Shown: piece by piece, positions 1-8,606 of the stretch
Position numbering within the stretch: the stretch's first letter is position 1
Layout: every line of letters begins with the position of its first letter
Virus record (IMG/VR): IMGVR_UViG_3300031565_000014
Span: 8,773 to 72,772 of that record
Direction: 5' to 3' (one strand)
Origin: a virus
Length of the DNA stretch: 64,000 bases
Program-made: the position numbers and the translations under genes
The notes under the pieces: model-generated
The model's input: only the letters and a program-made list of their open reading frames with translations
The model's database searches: none
What the model was told of the DNA's origin: nothing

Positions 1-10
1 TGAGTACTTC

Positions 11-69
11 TATACCCGATAAGGCATAAAATGAGTATAAAAGCCATCATTATACCCGAAAAGGTATAA
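11..69. repeat. Two copies of a 19-bp palindromic motif TATACCCGAWAAGGYATAA (40-bp period), operator-like
   Basis: tatacccgataaggcataa at 11-29 and tatacccgaaaaggtataa at 51-69; copy 2 forms TTATACC-N6-GGTATAA (50-69). Confidence 0.7.
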
Positions 70-88
70 TAACGATGGGATAAACCAA

Positions 89-147
89 CATTACTTACAA
101 CGCCAAAACAAAAGCCGTTTTAATGGCGTATACACGATGTTGTAAAC
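89..147 (+). repeat. Intergenic imperfect hairpin repeat, attC-like, copy 1
   Basis: TTACAAC (95-101) pairs with GTTGTAA (139-145), with an inner cgcca/tggcg stem; the left ~36 bp recur at 377-412. Confidence 0.55.
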
Positions 148-169
148 TGTGCGGATTATTAACTAAAAA

Positions 170-376
170 ATGATGAAGATGGATAAAATAACTGATTATA
201 AAATAAGAATAGGTGATAAATTAGATTACGTTGAATACGGAAGCAAAGAGCGATTACCTGTAAAAGTGGTTAATATACTATTTGATGGCTTTGTATTCTT
301 GATTGAATTTAAACACGAAAATGACAGAGCGAGTGGTGTAACTCAATACCCTGATAAATTAAAGCAAAGGTTGTAG
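170..376 (+). CDS. Hypothetical small accessory protein (68 aa)
   Basis: ORF with A-rich leader, bounded by the two hairpin repeats. Confidence 0.7.
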   Translation: MMKMDKITDYKIRIGDKLDYVEYGSKERLPVKVVNILFDGFVFLIEFKHENDRASGVTQYPDKLKQRL

Positions 377-518
377 CATTGTTTATAACTCCAAAACAAA
401 AGGCGTTTTAATTCCTATTTGATAAACAAACACAAAATTAACAATTAAACACTAACACAGTAGGTAAACATTGACTTAGCTTATTTGATGGCTATTTGAT
501 TTATACATTGTTACCCAC
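377..518 (+). repeat. Intergenic repeat, attC-like, copy 2 (longer, degenerate)
   Basis: cattgtttataactccaaaacaaaaggcgttttaat begins right after the TAG at 376 and matches 89-124; right end tatacattgttaccc resembles tatacacgatgttgta. Confidence 0.5.
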
Positions 519-537
519 TTTTAAAATTACGGATAAA

Positions 538-744
538 ATGAAAATAATTATTGAAAAAAACCAAAATGAAAGCCAAACACCAATAGTAACAATAGATACT
601 AAAACTTGCTTTTACCCGTACGCCATTAGAAACGCCATTGAATTAGCTTTGGAACTTGATGGGTATGATAAAGAAACAATAAGAGAAGTGTTTGGAATAA
701 TGCCTGACGTTGAATGTAAAGCAGAAAGCGAGTTCATTGCATAA
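538..744 (+). CDS. Hypothetical protein (ATG 538 more likely than TTG 496)
   Basis: ORF track 496..744; ATG 538 is preceded by A-rich ataaa and the upstream part lies in the repeat. Confidence 0.65.
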   Translation: MKIIIEKNQNESQTPIVTIDTKTCFYPYAIRNAIELALELDGYDKETIREVFGIMPDVECKAESEFIA

Positions 745-838
745 TAAAAATATAAGTTTTAAAAGGTGCTCTGTATGGGTGGAGCCTGAGTTAAATGACA
801 GCAGTAAGTTCGCAGCCTTTTATTAAATAAAAAGAACT

Positions 839-1342
839 ATGAAAAAAGAATTAATTGAAGCGTATAAAAATGGATTTATAGAGGGTTCTGTATCTGCTAA
901 AATGAATATGAATCACGATGTCGAAGGAATGGCTGAAAGTTATGTTTATTCAGTCCTCCAAAAAGCAAAAGATGAAAACAAACAAAAGTTTTTAAATCTT
1001 GTAGATGGTAAAGATGAAACATTCTTTTCGGATTTACGGGATAGTCCCCAACAAGGCGGTAAAACCTCAGAGTTGGAACAACCTAAAGACGTTGAAGAGT
1101 TAGTGCAAAAAATCTATGATAAATGGAATCATAAGTGGAGAGAATCTGCAATATCAGCAGAGGAATCAATCAAAGAAGCTATAAAAGATGCCCTAAACTT
1201 AGCCAATCAAAGAAGTGTTTTGGATGAATATTTCTACACGGATTTAATGAAGCTAATCAATGAACATTGTAAGAATGGATTAAGCAAACCTGACTTAGTG
1301 TCAAAAATGAAGTATGCAACTCAATCGTGTGTTATGAGCTAA
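839..1342 (+). CDS. Hypothetical protein (167 aa)
   Basis: ORF with A-rich leader. Confidence 0.7.
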   Translation: MKKELIEAYKNGFIEGSVSAKMNMNHDVEGMAESYVYSVLQKAKDENKQKFLNLVDGKDETFFSDLRDSPQQGGKTSELEQPKDVEELVQKIYDKWNHKWRESAISAEESIKEAIKDALNLANQRSVLDEYFYTDLMKLINEHCKNGLSKPDLVSKMKYATQSCVMS

Positions 1343-1355
1343 ATGGATGCAAAAC

Positions 1356-1523
1356 AAACTAAACAAATAAACCAATGAGAAATAAATTAATTAACGCTAA
1401 GATTCACAAAGTAAGAAAGAGAATCAAATCAAAAAAGAAACGTAAACTTTGGAGGGTTAAATACTTAAACTCTTTTAGAGATTTTTATAGTAAATCATGG
1501 GAGTAAAAACTAAACAAATAAAC
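1356..1523 (+). repeat. 17-bp exact direct repeat AAACTAAACAAATAAAC (1356-1372, 1507-1523) in the leaders of two consecutive genes
   Basis: Read directly from the sequence; each copy ends 1-2 nt before an ATG. Confidence 0.8.
1375..1506 (+). CDS. Small, very basic protein (43 aa), absent from the ORF track
   Basis: MRNKLINAKIHKVRKRIKSKKKRKLWRVKYLNSFRDFYSKSWE*; same leader as the next gene. Confidence 0.6.
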   Translation: MRNKLINAKIHKVRKRIKSKKKRKLWRVKYLNSFRDFYSKSWE

Positions 1524-1524
1524 T

Positions 1525-1737
1525 ATGGCCGACATCAGCAAATGCTTAGATGCAAAAGACTGTAAATTAAAACATTTCTGTTATAGATATACAGCAGAAG
1601 ATGGAATATTCCAATCGTGGTCTAATATGGCGGATTGGTCTAAATCAGGTAAAACCTGTCACAATAGAATAAAAAGAGAATGCCCTATGTGTGGACAAAC
1701 AAAAGTACATAAAATGGGATGTCAATTAAATAAATAA
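1525..1737 (+). CDS. Cys-rich small protein, probable zinc binding
   Basis: MADISKC..C..CYRY N-terminus and CPMC..H..C C-terminus. Confidence 0.7.
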   Translation: MADISKCLDAKDCKLKHFCYRYTAEDGIFQSWSNMADWSKSGKTCHNRIKRECPMCGQTKVHKMGCQLNK

Positions 1738-1741
1738 AACT

Positions 1742-2053
1742 ATGGATAAAACAACATTAGAAAAAATAATAAGAAAAAAAGCTGAGCAAAGGTTCATTAA
1801 AGAAGAAAAAGAATTAACTGGTTTCTTATATAATCATCCTTTAGCAAAAGTGTTGAAAGTAGGAGAAAGTTATTTAATAGCTTCTAGACAAAATAGTATA
1901 TTTACTGAATTTAGTTTAAAAGATAAAGAGTTTTTTAGCAATTATGCAGAAGAAAAAGAAAAATTAATTAAAAAATATGAACAATTAGAGTATGATCAAT
2001 TACTTAATAAGCTTGACGATATAAAGTATATCTTTAACTATTCTAATGAATAG
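1742..2053 (+). CDS. Hypothetical protein (103 aa)
   Basis: ORF with A-rich leader. Confidence 0.7.
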   Translation: MDKTTLEKIIRKKAEQRFIKEEKELTGFLYNHPLAKVLKVGESYLIASRQNSIFTEFSLKDKEFFSNYAEEKEKLIKKYEQLEYDQLLNKLDDIKYIFNYSNE

Positions 2054-2500
2054 TTATTTAACTATAGCATACATTATTAATCCGCCTAAACAGACGCTTG
2101 CTACTCCTATACCTATCTTGAACCAAGTTTTTTGAACTTCTACTTTATTTAAACGTAAGTTAAGCTTTTTAACATCAGCAGTTAAACCGGTTATTATACT
2201 TTTTTGATTATTAATTATAACACCATCTTGTTCTATTTGATAATTTTTAATAATTATCATTGAATCAAGTGTGCATATTTTATTTTCAGCAATAGTATAT
2301 AATATCTCTAGTTCATTAGCTCTAACAAGCTTTGTAGAAATTTTTTGAAGTTCAGGTATATTATAGCTTACTGATGTTAAACTATCCGGAATATTACCAA
2401 TTTGCTCGTATGATACTGTCGAGAATGACAGGGTCATTAGTGTTGTTAATATAAACATAAATGGTTTTATACTTATATTTAACTTTAGTTTTTTGTTCAT
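2054..2500 (-). CDS. Exported coiled-coil protein with C-terminal TM helix; spanin-like candidate (start possibly 2458)
   Basis: Hydrophobic N-terminus MFILTTLMTLSFSTVSYEQ, coiled coil, C-terminal TM WFKIGIGVASVCLGGLIMYAIV; overlaps the upstream gene. Confidence 0.5.
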   Translation of the reverse strand: MNKKLKLNISIKPFMFILTTLMTLSFSTVSYEQIGNIPDSLTSVSYNIPELQKISTKLVRANELEILYTIAENKICTLDSMIIIKNYQIEQDGVIINNQKSIITGLTADVKKLNLRLNKVEVQKTWFKIGIGVASVCLGGLIMYAIVK

Positions 2501-2702
2501 CTAATGAAATTAATGTTAATTCAAGTTTTTTTAATTCTGTAATAGCACTATCACGTTGTTGTTCAGCTTTGTTAATATTTTCTAAATAAGGTTTTGGATC
2601 AAATAATTTAATAGGTTCTTTATTCCTCATTAAAATAACAGTAATGATCAACACTGCTATAATAGTAAGTAAAATTGTTAATATAATGTTATTTTTCTTC
2701 AT
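2394..2702 (-). CDS. N-terminally anchored coiled-coil membrane protein, i-spanin-like candidate
   Basis: MKKNNIILTILLTIIAVLIITVILM TM followed by coiled coil; directly downstream of the holin-like gene. Confidence 0.5.
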   Translation of the reverse strand: MKKNNIILTILLTIIAVLIITVILMRNKEPIKLFDPKPYLENINKAEQQRDSAITELKKLELTLISLDEQKTKVKYKYKTIYVYINNTNDPVILDSIIRANW

Positions 2703-2940
2703 TAATATTAGAGTTTTTAGAAAAATGTCTAACAACAGATGCTCCTAACATTGCTCCTGAGTAAAACCACATAGAATCAAGAATAGTAGGGTTAACGTCA
2801 TAAAAATGTAGTCCTTCTAATATAGAGCCTATTGCAGCTAATAAGCCTACTAATATACCCATAAATTTCTTAGAAGATACTTTATTGTCAACTTTAAATT
2901 CAGTAAATAGGTCTTTTATAAATTTAGAAAATTTAGACAT
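2689..2940 (-). CDS. Putative holin (2 TM, 83 aa)
   Basis: Two hydrophobic segments after VSSKK, charged C-terminal tail, small size. Confidence 0.55.
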   Translation of the reverse strand: MSKFSKFIKDLFTEFKVDNKVSSKKFMGILVGLLAAIGSILEGLHFYDVNPTILDSMWFYSGAMLGASVVRHFSKNSNINEEK

Positions 2941-2981
2941 GAGTTAAATATTAAGGTTATATACCAATATATAAAATATAG

Positions 2982-3467
2982 ATGGAAATAGAAAATAATA
3001 ATAAAAGTATTATTGTAGATAAGTTATCTACAAATTTCAAAAGAGACTTAGAAAACACTCTTGGTTTTCAATGTATTGTTAATGTTTTTATATTAGATTA
3101 TAAATTATTATCAATTGATGTACTATATAATATAGTTTCAGATCTACTTATTGAACAATGGGGTAATTCCGCCAAGTTTAAAAATCATAAAATTAGTTTA
3201 AATTATAAAATGCATAAAACTAGCAAAATTGAAATAGTAGCTTACAGGCAGTTATTTTGTTATATAAGTAAAAAATATTTAAAAATAAATTCAGACGGAG
3301 TTATTTCTAATAAAATTGGTCAAGATAGGAGTTTAGTTTGGTCCTCTATTGGTAAAGTAGAAGACATGATTTCTATAGGTGACTCACTTTATATGAATAT
3401 CTATCAAGATATACTTGACAAAATGAAAAAATATTCAAAAACAACAAATTATGAAAAAACTGTATGA
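2982..3467 (+). CDS. DnaA C-terminal (domain IV) HTH-like DNA-binding protein
   Basis: IVAYRQLFCYISKKYL...ISNKIGQDRSLVWSSIGKVEDMI resembles the DnaA domain IV pattern RQIAMYL...IG..FGRDHTTV.HA..KI. Confidence 0.6.
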   Translation: MEIENNNKSIIVDKLSTNFKRDLENTLGFQCIVNVFILDYKLLSIDVLYNIVSDLLIEQWGNSAKFKNHKISLNYKMHKTSKIEIVAYRQLFCYISKKYLKINSDGVISNKIGQDRSLVWSSIGKVEDMISIGDSLYMNIYQDILDKMKKYSKTTNYEKTV

Positions 3468-4026
3468 CATACTTAACAAAAAAAAATTAACTCCTGATGA
3501 ATATTACGTATTATGGAGTATAGAACACTCTCAAGAATGCTCTTTAACTAATGTTGAGGAATTAAAAATTAAACTTATTAACAATAAGATGCTAATAAAT
3601 GATAAAGTTATACCTAGTATATCTGAAGTTATTAATAGATTAGATCTTATGCTTAGTGATGATCCGGCTAAAAGAATGAGTCTTACAACAAATTATTCAG
3701 AAAAAGTTGTAGAATATCAGGATATGTGGCCAAAAGGTAAAGTTGGTGTTCACAATAGAAGATTATGGAATAGTTCTAAAAATCTAGAAGCTGCTTTTAA
3801 ATGGTTTTTTAATAATTATAATTTTGATTGGGAAATAGTTTTACAAGCCACTAAATTATATCTAAACCAAGAAGAAGATATAAGCTACCCTTTTACAAGA
3901 ACATCAAAATATTTTATTAGGAAAACTGATCCTGGGATGAGTTCTCAGAGTGATTTAGCAGACTATTGTGAGTTAATTTTAAATGGTGGAATAGACGAAG
4001 AAGAAGAGGTAAAACACTTCGTGTAA
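3451..4026 (+). CDS. Putative replication initiator/helicase-loader-type protein
   Basis: Lies between the DnaA-like gene and the helicase; N-terminal wHTH-like segment; acidic C-terminus; function inferred from position. Confidence 0.4.
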   Translation: MKKLYDILNKKKLTPDEYYVLWSIEHSQECSLTNVEELKIKLINNKMLINDKVIPSISEVINRLDLMLSDDPAKRMSLTTNYSEKVVEYQDMWPKGKVGVHNRRLWNSSKNLEAAFKWFFNNYNFDWEIVLQATKLYLNQEEDISYPFTRTSKYFIRKTDPGMSSQSDLADYCELILNGGIDEEEEVKHFV

Positions 4027-4096
4027 TATTTGATAAATTCATCTATTTTACTTAAATTTACATAAGTAAAAAAAACCAACAAATACAATCAAATAT

Positions 4097-5077
4097 ATGT
4101 CGAAATGGAAAAGTAACTTTGATGGTTACAGGGAAGCTGTTGCTTATATTGCAGGTAGGCATAAAGGGGAAATAACAAGTTTTGAGCTTCCTTGGCCTTC
4201 ATTAAATGACGCTTTAGTTGGAGGATTTGAGTGGCATACTACTAATATTATAGGAGCTAGACCTGGTACAGGAAAAACATTATTTAAAGATCAACTTATA
4301 AGAGAGGGTTTTATTAAAAATAAAGATCCTTTTAATGTACTTGAATTTCAACTTGAAATGCCTGCAAGAACTATGGCTATGAGGGAATTTAGTAATTTAA
4401 TAGGTCTTAGTTATAAACAATTGTGTTCAGCTAGTAATGATGTTTATGCTCCTAATATAACTGCTCAAGATTTTGAAAAGTGTAAAGCTGTAATGAACCG
4501 TGAAATTCATCCACCACATCATATTGTAGAAGACGCTCCTACAGTAGATGAATTAGAAAAAACAGTAGAAGAATATATGGAGCAATATTCAGGAAAAGAT
4601 AGTAGTGGTAGATTACAGTATACAAATACTATTGTAACATTAGATCACACTATTCTTGTGAGATATGGTAAAGAAGGTAGAACAGAAATGTTATATAGGT
4701 TAGGGGAAACTTTAACTAAATTAAAAAAGAAATTTCCAATATGTTTTATAATAGTTAGTCAGCTTAATAGAGAAGTTGATCAACTATTGAGGTGCGAGCC
4801 AGGTAAAGCAGGTAACTATATTAAGGATTCAGATATATTCGGTGCAGATGCTATGCTACAGCATGCTGACACATTAATAGCCTTAGACAGACCTGCTAAA
4901 CGTAACTTAAACCCATATGGACCCAATAGATACATAATAGACAACAAAGACATGATATTTTTATTTTTATTAAAAAATAGAGCAGGTGATACAGGTCTAA
5001 TGCATTTTATGGCAAAATATGAAACAATGGAGATGGTTGAGAGCGCTGAACCACAAATAAAACAAAAAAATAAATGA
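4097..5077 (+). CDS. dnaB: DnaB-like replicative helicase (RecA-fold domain only)
   Basis: Walker A GARPGTGKT, FQLEM, TLDH, SQLNR, KNRAG motifs. Confidence 0.9.
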   Translation: MSKWKSNFDGYREAVAYIAGRHKGEITSFELPWPSLNDALVGGFEWHTTNIIGARPGTGKTLFKDQLIREGFIKNKDPFNVLEFQLEMPARTMAMREFSNLIGLSYKQLCSASNDVYAPNITAQDFEKCKAVMNREIHPPHHIVEDAPTVDELEKTVEEYMEQYSGKDSSGRLQYTNTIVTLDHTILVRYGKEGRTEMLYRLGETLTKLKKKFPICFIIVSQLNREVDQLLRCEPGKAGNYIKDSDIFGADAMLQHADTLIALDRPAKRNLNPYGPNRYIIDNKDMIFLFLLKNRAGDTGLMHFMAKYETMEMVESAEPQIKQKNK

Positions 5078-5694
5078 CAATAGCAGAAGAAAAAAAGCAA
5101 AAAACAGCAGAGCTTCGCAAACTTCATGAAGATTTTCTTGAAATGATGGGGGGTAATGTTAAGTTTTATGGTCACTTAGCTTATAAACCTAAAGAGTTTC
5201 CTGAGTTAGGAGCTTGTATTAGTGTTTTTGAGTCACAAATAAGTGACACTAATGGGTTCTATGTAGAACTTGTTGATAAAGATTTAATACGTAAAGAAAA
5301 TGATAGCGGTAAGTTATATTATTACGCGTATAACCCTCATTTTAAAGAAGAAAACCCTTGTGTAGACAGAGGTAGTTTTAAAACGTATTTTATACCTATA
5401 GACACGCTTAAATTAGCAAACGATAGTGTAGGAGGTAAAACACCGCAGGAAGTGGGTAAAAAGCTTATAAGTACAACAGGAGCTATTAAGACAACATCTA
5501 CAAAATTAAAAGCTCAAGATGTAATTATCGCAGATAAACTCACTGCAAATGATGAATTTAACACAGTACAAAATGATGCACCTTTCACACACTTGACCAT
5601 TAAAGACTTTATGGCAATAACATGGAGAGTTCCTATAAGTGATAAAGATTTTATTAATGATCGTATAAAAAGTTTAAATAGTTATAATGGGTAA
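5074..5694 (+). CDS. Hypothetical protein (206 aa)
   Basis: Translationally coupled ORF within the replication operon. Confidence 0.75.
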   Translation: MTIAEEKKQKTAELRKLHEDFLEMMGGNVKFYGHLAYKPKEFPELGACISVFESQISDTNGFYVELVDKDLIRKENDSGKLYYYAYNPHFKEENPCVDRGSFKTYFIPIDTLKLANDSVGGKTPQEVGKKLISTTGAIKTTSTKLKAQDVIIADKLTANDEFNTVQNDAPFTHLTIKDFMAITWRVPISDKDFINDRIKSLNSYNG

Positions 5695-6394
5695 ACGAGT
5701 GTTAATTATTGCCGAGTCAGGTTCCGGCAAGTCGCATAGTATGCAATTTTTAGAACCTAAAGAAACATTTATTATTAACATAGCAAGTAAAGATCTACCT
5801 TTCAAAGGTTGGAAAACAAAGTATCCTGAGTGGACACCTAAATTCCAAGAAGGTAGACTATTTAATTCACAAGTTGATAATGGTAAATTTGTCGCTAAAA
5901 ATGTACTAGATTGTTTAGATTATATTAATACTAGCAGACCTGAGATTAAAAATGTTATTATTGATGATTATCAGTATATTTCAGCATTTGAATTTTTTCA
6001 TAGATCAGATGAGAAGGGATATGAAAAATTTTCTGATATAGGTAATAATATTATGAAAACTGCTGAAAAACCGATGTATTTGAGAAATGATCTTATGGTA
6101 TTTTACCTAACTCACTCTGAAGAAATCACGGATTCAACAGGTAGAAGTAAGCAAAAAGCTAAAACAATAGGTAGATTAGTAGATGATAAGCTTACTCTTG
6201 AAGGTTTATTTCCTATAGTATTATACGGAAAAAAAAGAGACAATTTAGAAAAAAATATTGTAGAATTTGGTTTTGACACCAAAGCTAACACAAAGAATAC
6301 GTGTAAATCACCTGAAGGAATGTTTGAGAGTGAATTTATACCTAATAACTTACAGTTAGTTAGAGAGGCAATATTAAATTATGAAAAAGACTAA
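5687..6394 (+). CDS. AAA_24/Sak4-like P-loop ATPase (recombination/annealing)
   Basis: Walker A AESGSGKS, Walker B VIIDD, LTH, KSP.GMF..IPN C-terminal motif. Confidence 0.8.
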   Translation: MGKRVLIIAESGSGKSHSMQFLEPKETFIINIASKDLPFKGWKTKYPEWTPKFQEGRLFNSQVDNGKFVAKNVLDCLDYINTSRPEIKNVIIDDYQYISAFEFFHRSDEKGYEKFSDIGNNIMKTAEKPMYLRNDLMVFYLTHSEEITDSTGRSKQKAKTIGRLVDDKLTLEGLFPIVLYGKKRDNLEKNIVEFGFDTKANTKNTCKSPEGMFESEFIPNNLQLVREAILNYEKD

Positions 6395-6406
6395 AATTAA
6401 ATAAAT

Positions 6407-7129
6407 ATGGCATTAAGTACAGCAAATGTAACCGTAGGATCAGGTAAACTACGTAAAAATATAGAACCAGGTAATAGATATGTTAAAATTAACAATATTA
6501 CTATGGAAAAACCTAAATGGCAAGGAGCTCATGAATCAGAAAGATTCATATATCTTGATGTAGAAACAGAACCTATTGATGGTGATTTTGAAGGATTTTA
6601 CAGAGACCCTAATAATCCTGAATTAGGTAGATATTCTGGTCAAATTGGTAAAGTAGCTTCAAGTAAGTATACTTATAAAGACTATGAAACTCAAGATGGT
6701 ACTTTTCTTAACATGACTGATCAAGTTATGAAATTTTTAGCAGGTTTTTGTAAAGAATTAGACATTACAGATTGGTGGTTAAGTATTGATGGTAAATTTG
6801 ATACTTTAGAAGATATTGTATTTGCTTTAAATGAGCATAAACCATTTAAAGATAAGTATATTCACATGTGTGTAGCAGGTAAAGAATGGGAGAAAGATGG
6901 TTATATTAACCATAACTTATATTTACCTAAATATAATAGAACAGCTGGTCCAGCATTCTCTATGGATGAAGAATTAGTATGTAAGTTTACTATTACAGAT
7001 CACATTGATAAGCTTAAAAATAAAAAAGCTGAACAAACAGTATCTTCTTTTGGGGGAGTTACTCCAGCTGCTGATCAATCAGCACCTAGTGCGGCTGGCT
7101 CACCTACACCATTCAGTATGAAAGATTAA
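6407..7129 (+). CDS. Putative single-stranded DNA-binding protein
   Basis: Follows the Sak4-like ATPase; beta-rich core with a flexible tail ending PFSMKD; inferred from context. Confidence 0.5.
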   Translation: MALSTANVTVGSGKLRKNIEPGNRYVKINNITMEKPKWQGAHESERFIYLDVETEPIDGDFEGFYRDPNNPELGRYSGQIGKVASSKYTYKDYETQDGTFLNMTDQVMKFLAGFCKELDITDWWLSIDGKFDTLEDIVFALNEHKPFKDKYIHMCVAGKEWEKDGYINHNLYLPKYNRTAGPAFSMDEELVCKFTITDHIDKLKNKKAEQTVSSFGGVTPAADQSAPSAAGSPTPFSMKD

Positions 7130-7151
7130 AACCAACATATAATCTTTTATT

Positions 7152-7186
7152 AAAAAGGGGTTGATTTATTTCAATCCCTTTTTTTT
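7152..7186 (+). terminator. Rho-independent terminator
   Basis: aaaaaggggttga-tttatt-tcaatcccttttttt. Confidence 0.8.
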
Positions 7187-7197
7187 ATATTAGCATT

Positions 7198-8151
7198 ATG
7201 ATAAAAACTAATAAAAGCTGGAATGTTGATGATGTACCTATTACTTGGATATTTGAACACTTTTGTGGTTTAACAGAAAAATTAAAAGGACAAGACGTTA
7301 AGATTAATTCTGTGTTTAATACAGAGCGTACACCTAGTATGAGTATTTATATTGACACACAAGGTAAGTATAAATTTAAAGATTTTTCATCAGGTTACGG
7401 AGGTAATGCTATAAATTTAGTAATGTATCTTAAAAATTTGTCATACCATGCTGCTGTTAGTTTGATTCTTAAAACTTATAATAATAAAAGTGAGAAATAT
7501 GAAATAAGCTTATTAAATGGTGTAAATTTTGTTAAAGATAAATACTCTGTTACAAGCTATGAGTTAAGACAGTGGAACATGTTAGACGCTGATTATTGGG
7601 GTGAGTATCAGATAGGGTCAGCTTTATTAGAAATGCATAATGTGAGGCCTTTAAAAAGCTTTACTATGTCGAATAATGATGATACTATTATTTTTAGTGA
7701 TAATCATATTTATGGTTATTTTAGATCAGATGGTGAATTATATAAAATATATCAACCATTTAAGCTCAGACAAAAATTTATAAAAGTTAAAGATTTTTTA
7801 CAAGGTTCTGAACAGTTAGTTTACGACAAGAAAAATTTAGTTATATGTTCCGGCCTAAAGGATTTAATGTCTTTTAAACTATTAAAGTTTAACACTGAAG
7901 TAGTAGCTCCTGATTCAGAAAATAGTATGATAAAACCTGCTATTATGTTATTATTTAAAAATAAATATGAAAATATTTATACTCTATTTGATAACGATAG
8001 AGCTGGTAAATTATCAATGGAGAAATATACAGCATTGTATATAACTAAACCTATAAAGATAACACTAGATAAAGATGTAGCAGATTGCGTAAAAAATCAC
8101 GGATTAATTAAATCTAAAGAACATATTAGTTCTTTAACACAATTTTTATAA
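7198..8151 (+). CDS. DNA primase (crAss-type DnaG-like: Cys-less N-terminal domain plus Toprim)
   Basis: TPSM..FKDFSSGYGGNAINLV N-terminal domain; Toprim ICSGLKD...FDND..G..KDVAD. Confidence 0.85.
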   Translation: MIKTNKSWNVDDVPITWIFEHFCGLTEKLKGQDVKINSVFNTERTPSMSIYIDTQGKYKFKDFSSGYGGNAINLVMYLKNLSYHAAVSLILKTYNNKSEKYEISLLNGVNFVKDKYSVTSYELRQWNMLDADYWGEYQIGSALLEMHNVRPLKSFTMSNNDDTIIFSDNHIYGYFRSDGELYKIYQPFKLRQKFIKVKDFLQGSEQLVYDKKNLVICSGLKDLMSFKLLKFNTEVVAPDSENSMIKPAIMLLFKNKYENIYTLFDNDRAGKLSMEKYTALYITKPIKITLDKDVADCVKNHGLIKSKEHISSLTQFL

Positions 8152-8152
8152 A

Positions 8153-8581
8153 ATGATAAAAGTATTTATTCCAGGAAATGTACCATCATTAAAAAACAGT
8201 AAAGTAAAAACTAGTAGAGGAATATTCCCAAGTAAAACAGTTAGCAAATATTTAGCTAAACAAGGTGTTAAATCTTATAGTGTTAGTAAAAAAACAGTAG
8301 AAGACTATAAAACACGAGATAATGAATTCAGAAAGACTTCAACACCTCTTAAACAAGTAATAGAAAAAGATAAACCTAATGTTGTTTATTTTCATTTTGT
8401 AAGAGATAGTAAAAGAAGATTTGATTTTCATAACGCAGTACAAATTATAGCAGATTTGTTAGTAGCTCACGATATCATAGAAGATGATGATATGACCTGC
8501 TTTATACCAATGCCTAAACAAAAAGATGGTTTATGGTATAGTTTAGATAAAGATAATCCTGGTGTTTGGATTTATGTATAA
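8153..8581 (+). CDS. RusA-like Holliday junction resolvase
   Basis: IPGNVPSLKNS, RRFDFHN...ADLL...IEDDD, PGVWI motifs. Confidence 0.75.
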   Translation: MIKVFIPGNVPSLKNSKVKTSRGIFPSKTVSKYLAKQGVKSYSVSKKTVEDYKTRDNEFRKTSTPLKQVIEKDKPNVVYFHFVRDSKRRFDFHNAVQIIADLLVAHDIIEDDDMTCFIPMPKQKDGLWYSLDKDNPGVWIYV

Positions 8582-8606
8582 AAAAAATAAATAAAAAATA
8601 AATAAA

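Noticed and set aside
745-838. Possible tRNA or ncRNA in a slightly GC-richer intergenic stretch
   Set aside because: No cloverleaf or T-loop GTTCRA arm could be built; evidence insufficient.
1-1523. CRISPR array interpretation of the repeats
   Set aside because: Only two copies of each repeat, separated by genes or a short gap rather than by regular unique spacers.
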